NCBI GenBank assembly: GCA_965224465.1
Contig: OZ245049.1
Coordinates: 510,001 to 542,000 of the forward strand
Direction: 5' to 3'
DNA length: 32,000 bases
Origin: Flavobacteriaceae bacterium
GTDB lineage: Bacteria; Bacteroidota; Bacteroidia; Flavobacteriales; Flavobacteriaceae
Part shown: one piece after another, positions 18,867 through 26,543 of the stretch
Numbering within the stretch: the stretch's first letter is position 1
Layout: every line of letters starts with the position of its first letter
The notes under the pieces: generated by a model
Told to the model about the DNA's origin: nothing
The model's input: the letters and a program-made list of their open reading frames with translations, nothing else
Databases searched by the model: none
Program-made: the position numbers and the translations under genes

Positions 18867-18917
18867 CGTTCAAGCACATTTTATTTTGCTCGTGCCTCAC
18901 AAAATAAAAAGAGCTTG
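18867..18917. repeat. Hairpin element with conserved loop CTCGTGCCTCA, copy 1 (5' leader of the 4-gene cassette)
   Basis: caagcacattttattttg - ctcgtgcctca - caaaataaaaagagcttg, with 16 of 18 stem positions paired. A second copy with compensatory stem changes is at 23758-23813. Confidence 0.6.
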
Positions 18918-19026
18918 CCCTTTCCCACCACCACCACTCAAACGAAAACAAGAATAAAACTCACAACTTTTTGAGATAAAATGAAAAAATAACTTACTTT
19001 AGTGGCTGAATAAATTACATCTAAAA

Positions 19027-19221
19027 ATGAATCGGATAAAAGAAGTTTTGGAAGAAAAAGGCATTAAACAAATTTGGCTTGCTGAGAAATTGGGGAAAAG
19101 CTATAATATGGTAAATGCTTATGTACAAAACAGACAACAACCAAGATTAGAAATTTTATTCAAGATTGCGGAAATACTGGATATTTCTGTAAAAGATTTA
19201 ATTATTGAAGCTAAAAAATAA
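19027..19221 (+). CDS. XRE-family helix-turn-helix regulator
   Basis: 64 aa. The HTH is IKQIWLAEKLGKSYNMVNAYVQNRQQP. It has a paralogue at 31196 that also heads a cassette. Confidence 0.85.
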   Translation: MNRIKEVLEEKGIKQIWLAEKLGKSYNMVNAYVQNRQQPRLEILFKIAEILDISVKDLIIEAKK

Positions 19222-19222
19222 A

Positions 19223-21190
19223 ATGACAATATTACATCCATTAGATGATTTCATATATACTCTTTTTCCAAACATTGAAAAGAGCCAAGATAGTCTTGAA
19301 ACTGCACTAACAGAATTCTATTCAGTTGGAAATGTTAAACCTATCATTGAATTCAATAAAGAATTTGTCAAAATAACTATTGACTTTCTTAAAATTGAAA
19401 CCGAAAACAAACAATTTTCAAAATTGATTTCACTATGTGAATCAGCAAATTTCGAAGAAGCCAAAATTTTAGCTGACAAATTAATTGAATTAAATCCTAA
19501 TAATTCAGAATATCACAGAATTCACGGACAAATATATTCGGAATTAGGCAATCAAGGAGAAGCAATAAATTCATTAATATATTCTTTAAGATGGAATCCT
19601 AAAAATGAATGGGCTTTACTAATGATGGGTAATATTTTCGCGAAATATCAAAACGATATTAATACCGCAATGAAATACTACGACCAAGTATTGATTGTAA
19701 AACCAAACGATTGCATTACTTTAAATAATATTGGTGCAAATTTAATGCAACTCAATAATAAAAAAGAGGCAATAATTTATTTTAATAGAGCGTTAAAATC
19801 AGACAGTAATTATCCTAACACATATTACGGGCTTGCGTTAGTTGCAAATGGTGATGAAGATTATAAAAAAGCTTTTGAATTATCACTTGTTGCATTATCA
19901 AAAACAAATAAAAAATCAAACCAACAACTTTATTCAAATTCCTTTCATTTAGCTTTAGAATCAGCAAATAAACTAAAGGAAGTTGTAAATGCAGATAAAA
20001 TAATCAAAGATTTTACTGCAAAACTCGCCTATTTATCAGAAAAAGAAATAAAAATTGAGATTGACGATACTATACTAACATCAGCAAAAATTGAATTTGC
20101 AGAAAATTATGATAGAGAATATCATTTAGTAAAGTACAAATCAAATCATATTGGTGTTGAACATTTAATACTTCATGAATTAACACATTTAGAACTAGTG
20201 TTAGAAGCTAGAAAAGAGGATTTAAACGAGCTTTTTATAAGTAATGAATCAAACAAAACCAATTTTATATACTCGCTAGAAAAAGACACTTTAAAACTTA
20301 AAAAAAATGGAGTTTCAGAAGAAAATATTACCAATTATTTTTCTGCCCTTTTCAATGGTTTAAACAGTCAAACTTTTAATACACCAATTGATTTATTTAT
20401 TGAAGATAGAATTTTTAGCAATTGGGAAGAATTAAAACCAATTCAATTTCTTTCTTTATTGTCAATATTACAGGAAGGTATTCAGGCAAATACAAATAAA
20501 GAAATTGTAAAAAATACTCCAAAAACGGTTCTTTCGAAATCAAAAATTTACAACCTAATCAATGCTTTACATTTCAAAAAACTATTTGAATTAGATTTAA
20601 TAGACCAATTTAACGCAACAAAACTTGAACTAAATCAAGCAACTGAACTTTATGCTGAATTTGAAGAATATAGAGTTGATAAAGCACCTGCAGAGGAATA
20701 CGAATTAGTAAAACATTGGGGTGAAGATTTAAAATTGGATGATTTTTACGAATTAGTACCTGAATCTGATTACCGAAAAAAAACTATAGATTCGGTACTT
20801 GAAGAAATTCAAAATGACCCATTAGGTCTGAATACTTCAAATTCATCACACGACCGTAAAATGAAAAAATTCCTAGAAGAAAATTCTTCTGAGGAAATAA
20901 ACATGGCAGTTGCCATGTTTATGGGTGATGCACTAAAACATTTTAAAGCAATTCCATTAGCAGAAACTAAAAAAATTGCTTTTGAAATTGCTACAATTGG
21001 AACTCAAGGAATAGACCCAAACCAAAAAAACTATTCAATACCTTCAATAAAAAACAGTAGTTTTTCTGGCTATAAAACTTTAGCATATTATTATGTTAGT
21101 TGGGCATTAGCTATTCCAGAAATGTTAAAACAATTGCAATTGCCTTTCGATAAAGAATATAAACTAGCTACTAAATTTTTAAAACTCTAA
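19223..21190 (+). CDS. TPR-repeat protein with an HExxH (zinc-metallopeptidase-like) motif
   Basis: The start is probably the ATG at 19223, 1 nt after the XRE stop; the tracked start at 19205 overlaps the XRE gene. At least three TPR units span residues ~80-230 (NPNNSEYHRIHGQIYSELGNQGEAI..., KPNDCITLNNIGANL..., DSNYPNTYYGLALV). The motif VEHLILHELTHLELV lies at about residue 320. Confidence 0.6.
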   Translation: MTILHPLDDFIYTLFPNIEKSQDSLETALTEFYSVGNVKPIIEFNKEFVKITIDFLKIETENKQFSKLISLCESANFEEAKILADKLIELNPNNSEYHRIHGQIYSELGNQGEAINSLIYSLRWNPKNEWALLMMGNIFAKYQNDINTAMKYYDQVLIVKPNDCITLNNIGANLMQLNNKKEAIIYFNRALKSDSNYPNTYYGLALVANGDEDYKKAFELSLVALSKTNKKSNQQLYSNSFHLALESANKLKEVVNADKIIKDFTAKLAYLSEKEIKIEIDDTILTSAKIEFAENYDREYHLVKYKSNHIGVEHLILHELTHLELVLEARKEDLNELFISNESNKTNFIYSLEKDTLKLKKNGVSEENITNYFSALFNGLNSQTFNTPIDLFIEDRIFSNWEELKPIQFLSLLSILQEGIQANTNKEIVKNTPKTVLSKSKIYNLINALHFKKLFELDLIDQFNATKLELNQATELYAEFEEYRVDKAPAEEYELVKHWGEDLKLDDFYELVPESDYRKKTIDSVLEEIQNDPLGLNTSNSSHDRKMKKFLEENSSEEINMAVAMFMGDALKHFKAIPLAETKKIAFEIATIGTQGIDPNQKNYSIPSIKNSSFSGYKTLAYYYVSWALAIPEMLKQLQLPFDKEYKLATKFLKL

Positions 21191-21194
21191 AATT

Positions 21195-21524
21195 ATGGGA
21201 GATATAAAAGAAATAACTACTGAGTTATTAAAATTTAGAAACGAAAGAGATTGGGAACAATTTCATAATCCCAAAGATTTGGCATTGGCAATAAATATTG
21301 AAGCTGGCGAATTATTGGAAGAATTTTTATGGAAAAAACCAGAAGAAGCTAAAATTGAAAAAATTAAAGAAGAATTAGCAGACGTTTTTGCTTATGCCTT
21401 TTTACTAGCTGATAAATATGATTTTAATGTTAAAAAAATAATATTAGAAAAAATAAAAAAAAATGGAGAAAAGTACCCAATAGAAAAAGCTAAGGGAACA
21501 GCTAAAAAATACAATCAATTATAA
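21195..21524 (+). CDS. MazG-like nucleoside-triphosphate pyrophosphohydrolase (all-alpha NTP-PPase, DCTPP1/YpjD-like)
   Basis: 109 aa. Motifs: FRNERDWEQFHNPKDLALAINIEAGELLEEFLWK, then EELADVFAYAFLLADKYDF. Confidence 0.8.
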   Translation: MGDIKEITTELLKFRNERDWEQFHNPKDLALAINIEAGELLEEFLWKKPEEAKIEKIKEELADVFAYAFLLADKYDFNVKKIILEKIKKNGEKYPIEKAKGTAKKYNQL

Positions 21525-23749
21525 TGTTTAGTAACTCTGTTAATGTAAAAAGTTACCCTTTTAATAAGATAGATATTGGGTTAATCAATAATGATGATTT
21601 TGCTCGTGACTCATATCCTATTGTTTACATCTTATACAATACCGAAACTATGATAGCTTATGTTGGTGAGTCAACAAATGCTATGAATAGGATGAGTAAT
21701 CATTTAGTTCATCCTGAAAAGAAGAACTTGAAATGGGTTTATATAATTTCGGATGAATCATTTAATAAATCTGCTGCTCTAGATATTGAGTCAAATCTCA
21801 TTCAGTATATGACAGCAGCTGGTAATTTTAAACTACTTAATGGTAACGGTGGCGTATCAAGTCATAATTACTACCAAAAAAATGAGTATTTCAAAATTTT
21901 TAAAGAAGTTTGGAGTAAATTATCATTTGAGAATATTAAAATGAAAGATTTATTAGAGTTAGAAAACTCTGATATATATAAATATTCACCATATAAATCG
22001 TTATCATCAGATCAATATAATTCCATCTTGGAAATATTAAAAAGTTATTCAAGTGGGAAAATAAAAACAATTTTCGTAGATGGTAGTGCGGGAACAGGAA
22101 AAACAATTTTAGCCATCTATTTAATTAAATTACTAGCCACATTATATCAATACGAACTACATGATTTAGATATTGAAGATGAATCTCTTTTGTTAGAATT
22201 AGAAGCATTTAAATTAAAGCACCCCGAAACACTTAGCCTTGCTCTTGTAGTTCCCATGACTTCACTTCGTAGCACTTTGAAAAAGGTATTTAAAAGTATA
22301 CACGGTTTGTCTGGAAATATGGTAATTGGCCCTAATGATGTGGTAAAAAAACAATATGATTTATTGATTATAGATGAATCTCATCGCTTGACACGTAGAA
22401 AATCTATTCTAGGATATGGAGCATTTGATAATGTTAATAAAAAATTAGGATTATATCATAGTGAAATAATAAACGGTAAGAGAGTACAATCAGCAGAAAA
22501 AAACGGTACACAATTAGATTGGATTACGAAATCTAGTAAATTTCAATTATTATTTTATGATGCAGAACAATCTATTAAGCCTGCAGATATAAGAAAGGAA
22601 GACTTTGATAAAATTAAGGAAAAAAGTGATGCTTTACAAATGACACTTGTTTCTCAAATGCGTTCAAAAGGAAAAAATGATTACATATCATTTGTGGATA
22701 AATTGTTAAACGAAAAACTAGATGATAATTCCACCCAATTTCATAATCCAAATTATGAGTTGGAATTATATGATGATATGTCTTTTATGATGAAGCGTTT
22801 GCAAGAAATGGAAAATAAATTTGGCTTATGTCGCACAATGTCTGGTAATTCGTGGCCTTGGGTTTCAAGAACAAATTCTAAAAAACCAGATGCCATCATT
22901 GATGGAGTCGATTTGTTTTGGAACATAAAAACAATAGATTGGATAAATTCTACAACAGAAGTTACGGAAATGGGCTGTATTCATACTGTCCAAGGCTATG
23001 ATTTGAATTATTCTGCAATAATATTTGGAGAGGAAATCACATATGATAAGCAAGAGAAAAAAATTAAAGTCATAAAAAGAAACTATCATGATGCAAAAGG
23101 AAAACAATCCTTAGGAAATGAAGATGAGTTATTAAAATACATAATTAAGATATATAAAACAATGATGTATCGTGGCATTAGAGGTACATTTATTTATGTT
23201 TGCGATAAAAATTTACGTGACTATTTTGAGAACTACATCACTCTTAATAAGCCAGAAAATAAATTAAGAATTTTACCCTTTGAAGATGTTAAACCTTATG
23301 TGAACTCTGTTCCTTTAGTTGATATTTATGCAGCTGCAGGTGAGTTTAGTGAATTGCAGATTTCAAATGAAGACTTTGATTGGGTTGAGTTACCAAAAAA
23401 TATTTCAGTTCAAGAAGGATATTTTGTTTGCCAAATAATCGGTGAATCTATGAATAAGAAAATAGAAAATGGTTCTTGGTGCTTATTTCGTAAGAAGCCT
23501 GTTGGTAGCAGAGAAGGTAAGATTGTTTTGGCTAAACATTACGATATCCAGGACTCTGATTTTGGTGCTGGATATACCGTCAAATCATATCATAGTGAAA
23601 AAAATATTTCTGAAGAAAGTTGGTCTCATAAATCAATTGTTCTAAAACCACTCTCATTTGATTCTAGTTTTAAAGACATAATATTAAGTGGAGATGAAAT
23701 AAATAAATTACAAATAGTTGGAGAATTAATTACTGTTTTAGACATTTGA
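21524..23749 (+). CDS. Three-domain fusion: GIY-YIG-like nuclease, DUF2075 (Schlafen-type P-loop NTPase/helicase-like), and S24 LexA/UmuD-like peptidase
   Basis: The ATG overlaps the MazG stop (TAATG). N-terminus: PIVYILYN...AYVGESTNAMNRMSNH...LDIESNLI. Middle: Walker A VDGSAGTGKT, Walker B LLIIDESHRL, YDAEQSI, and CIHTVQGYDLNYSAIIFG. C-terminus: VPLVDIYAAAGEF...IIGESMNKKIENGSWCLF...GKIVLAKH, with Ser in GxSM and Lys. Confidence 0.7.
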   Translation: MFSNSVNVKSYPFNKIDIGLINNDDFARDSYPIVYILYNTETMIAYVGESTNAMNRMSNHLVHPEKKNLKWVYIISDESFNKSAALDIESNLIQYMTAAGNFKLLNGNGGVSSHNYYQKNEYFKIFKEVWSKLSFENIKMKDLLELENSDIYKYSPYKSLSSDQYNSILEILKSYSSGKIKTIFVDGSAGTGKTILAIYLIKLLATLYQYELHDLDIEDESLLLELEAFKLKHPETLSLALVVPMTSLRSTLKKVFKSIHGLSGNMVIGPNDVVKKQYDLLIIDESHRLTRRKSILGYGAFDNVNKKLGLYHSEIINGKRVQSAEKNGTQLDWITKSSKFQLLFYDAEQSIKPADIRKEDFDKIKEKSDALQMTLVSQMRSKGKNDYISFVDKLLNEKLDDNSTQFHNPNYELELYDDMSFMMKRLQEMENKFGLCRTMSGNSWPWVSRTNSKKPDAIIDGVDLFWNIKTIDWINSTTEVTEMGCIHTVQGYDLNYSAIIFGEEITYDKQEKKIKVIKRNYHDAKGKQSLGNEDELLKYIIKIYKTMMYRGIRGTFIYVCDKNLRDYFENYITLNKPENKLRILPFEDVKPYVNSVPLVDIYAAAGEFSELQISNEDFDWVELPKNISVQEGYFVCQIIGESMNKKIENGSWCLFRKKPVGSREGKIVLAKHYDIQDSDFGAGYTVKSYHSEKNISEESWSHKSIVLKPLSFDSSFKDIILSGDEINKLQIVGELITVLDI

Positions 23750-23757
23750 AAAGCCAA

Positions 23758-23813
23758 CGTAAGTTCAAGCACATTTAAAGTTTGCTCGTGCCTCACAAAT
23801 TTAAAAGAGCTTT
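23758..23813. repeat. Hairpin element with conserved loop CTCGTGCCTCA, copy 2 (3' trailer of the 4-gene cassette)
   Basis: caagcacatttaaagtttg - ctcgtgcctca - caaatttaaaagagcttt. It has the same loop as copy 1, and the stem sequence changes on both arms. Confidence 0.6.
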
Positions 23814-23860
23814 CACGCCAACGCTAGTAAGTTTGCGGAAAGAAAAAAGCCAGACACCTA

Positions 23861-25765
23861 ATCGAGTAGACGGGTGACAACTGAATAGTTGCCACTGCGC
23901 CTCTCACACCACCGTACGTACGGGTCTCGTATACGGCGGTTCAAAAAATTGAAGTCTGCGTATTATTAATGTAATCTATCAAAGGTTTATACCCTTTTCG
24001 TACAAGTCTAGATTTGGTAATGGTAGTCTTTAAAATTGGACTTTGGGCTACTGCCCATCCTCCCATTCTGGTTCTACTCCAAGCGTATGCTTGTCCATTC
24101 TCTATTCCTAATCTGATTAGGTTTTTACGTTTTCGTTCGAGTTTTTTCCAATCGTGCCAAATACAATATCGCAACCGATTTCTTATCCACTCATCTAGCT
24201 TTTTAACTTTTGCATAGATGTTGGTTAAACGGTAATTATTCATCCAGCCTCGGCAGACTTGATTAAGCCGTTCTAAACGTTCCGACAATGACATTGGTTT
24301 GGTTTTCTTGGTAATACTCTTTAGGTTACGCTTAAACTTTGCCCAACTTTTCTTTGCTACTACTAGTATATATTGTCCTTTTACTCCCTTTTTGTAGACT
24401 GGCACAAAGCCATGTCCTAGTAACTCAAAGTTTACGGGTCTACGAATGCCACTTTTGGCTTTATTTATAGGTAGTTTTAATTTGTCTTTTAAGAAGACAA
24501 ACAACGTATTCCCTATTTGTTTCGCCTCACGTTTGGTCTTTGCGTAAATGCTAAAATCATCTGCGTAGCGGACGTACCGTAAACCCATTCTTTTCATTTC
24601 TTTATCCAAGACGTCTAACATTATGTTAGATAGTAAGGGACTAATTGGGCTTCCTTGCGGGATTCCTTTTCTACGCTTTTGAAGTTTCCCATTTATTAAA
24701 ATAGGAACTCTAAGCCATTTTCGGATTAAACGCATGGTTGTTGGACATTTTACCCTGTGGTAAATAAGTTGTAGTAGGATACAATGGTCCACTTCATCAA
24801 AGAACCCTTTAAGGTCAATATCTACAATATCTTGGTAACCATTATTGATATACTGTTGAGCTTGTAGTACTGCTTTTTGAATGTTCTTTTGTGGTCTAAA
24901 CCGACCAACGGGAGCTCATGAACTCCCTAAAATAAAAAGCTGTGAATAACCCAAAACTAAGTGGCTCAAAATCAAATTCGAACTGAACCATTAATTGTTG
25001 GCTTACCGCTTGCTGTAGCCATCTATCTACTACTGTTGGGATTCCTAAAAGTCTGGTTTTACCCTTGCCTTTTGGAATGCTTACTCCTAAGATTGAGTTT
25101 GGAACATAGCTATTCTTACGGATCGTTGTTAGTATGTCTGAACGGTTTTCAACTATATAAGTTGAAAGTTCCGTTACTTTCATACCATCAACTCCGCTAG
25201 CTCCTTTATTTCGCTTCACTTGACGTGCTGCTTTAAAAAGGTTGGTAGCTTCTAGTACTTTGTCAATCATAGGTTAAATAATTCGGGTACTCCTGTTGGT
25301 TTAAAACTAGGCTAGCTAGGCATCCTAATTGAATTTCAACGTAATTTAATGTTCTGTCCTTCCCTATTTGTGAGACCATCTGAGGTCTTTCCTCAACTCG
25401 TTTCCCATAGGTACTATGACGTCTGCTGACTTCTCCATAGAACCAACTCCTGGCTTTGGAGACCTCCCCAGGTAATGACATCTTCTTTCACTCAATCACT
25501 GCCGTATCTACATAACTACCCTTTTAGTATTCTTTTGGGCGTTGCAATGATGTGTTTACTTACCCAAGTAATTATACCTCTGTATACGGTTTCTGTTCGT
25601 CAGTACCGAGCTTTGTAGTCTCGCTTCCTTCAGATAAAACCTCACGGTTTTCACCCTTGCGACTTACTAATGTTTCAGAACGTTACTCCTGCACATAAGG
25701 GACTTGCACCCTCTAGATTAATTAACTACCTTTCCGTAGTTAAAAGATGCCCATGCTGGGCACAC
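23861..25765 (-). mobile_element. Group IIC intron, copy 2; 1905 nt, RT-defective
   Basis: It matches copy 1 wherever I compared the two, and the RT translations are identical outside the lesion. The exception is a 49-nt insertion at 24901-24949. It sits at the same position of an attC-like site (CACCTA|intron|AC). Confidence 0.9.
23941..25270 (-). pseudogene. Disrupted intron RT/maturase
   Basis: The RT reading frame is split into a 124-aa N-terminal ORF (24896-25270, ending in out-of-frame residues) and a 283-aa remainder (23941-24792). The cause is the 49-nt insertion inside the FGFRPQKN block. Confidence 0.9.
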
Positions 25766-25956
25766 ACAATGTATAAAAAACATAGGGCGGTTTGTGCTAA
25801 ACTCTAAGTTCTGTGCTTGTTTACAAAGTCCGCTAAATATAAAATTTGGCATTTAGGAGAAAAATAAAAGCAAAATATTTATATTTAGCTAAGTAATAAA
25901 CCGAAACTAAAGTGCTTATTTATTGCCCTACGTTTCTTATACTAACCGTTGGCAAC
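25766..25956 (+). other. Long attC-like site (right part; the left end is at 23855-23860)
   Basis: The reconstituted left end is CACCTA|AC-AATGTATA. It has three GTGCT boxes. A perfect 12-bp central stem joins GCTAAATATAAA (25832) and TTTATATTTAGC (25889). The right end is TATACtaaccGTTGGCAAC (25948-25956). Confidence 0.65.
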
Positions 25957-26000
25957 AAGCAAAACAGAGATCCAATAAAATATAAAACAAAGAATTCTAA

Positions 26001-26531
26001 ATGGAAATTTTAAATATTGAAATAAAAGCAAAATCGGACAACCAAACTGAAATTAGGAATATCCTGAAATCAAAAAATGCTAAATATAAAGGAACTGACC
26101 ACCAAATTGATACGTATTTTAATGTTAACAATGGACGATTGAAATTAAGAGAAGGAAATATTGAAAACAACTTAATCCATTATATTAGAGAAAATAAAAA
26201 AGGACCAAAACAATCAAAAATAATTCTTTTTAATTCAGAGCCCAATTCTACTTTAAAAGAATTATTGACTGTTGCAAACGGAATTTTAACAGTAATTGAT
26301 AAAGAAAGAGAAATATATTTTATTGAAAATGTGAAATTTCATATTGATACTGTAAAAGAATTAGGAACTTTTATAGAAATTGAAGCAATTGATAAAGATG
26401 GAAGTATTGGAAAAGATAAATTATTATTACAATGTGAATACTATCTTGATTTATTTAATATTCCCAAAGAAAACCTGATATCTGTTTCATATAGTGATTT
26501 GAAATTAAAAGAAAAAATGAGAATGAAATAA
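26001..26531 (+). CDS. CYTH-domain protein (CyaB-like class IV adenylyl cyclase / triphosphate tunnel enzyme)
   Basis: 176 aa. It has the N-terminal EIEIK-type motif (NIEIKAK), then DTYF, RLKLRE, KEREIYFIENVKFHIDTVKELGTFIEIEA, and SYSDL near the C-terminus. Confidence 0.75.
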   Translation: MEILNIEIKAKSDNQTEIRNILKSKNAKYKGTDHQIDTYFNVNNGRLKLREGNIENNLIHYIRENKKGPKQSKIILFNSEPNSTLKELLTVANGILTVIDKEREIYFIENVKFHIDTVKELGTFIEIEAIDKDGSIGKDKLLLQCEYYLDLFNIPKENLISVSYSDLKLKEKMRMK

Positions 26532-26543
26532 AGCCAGTTGCCA

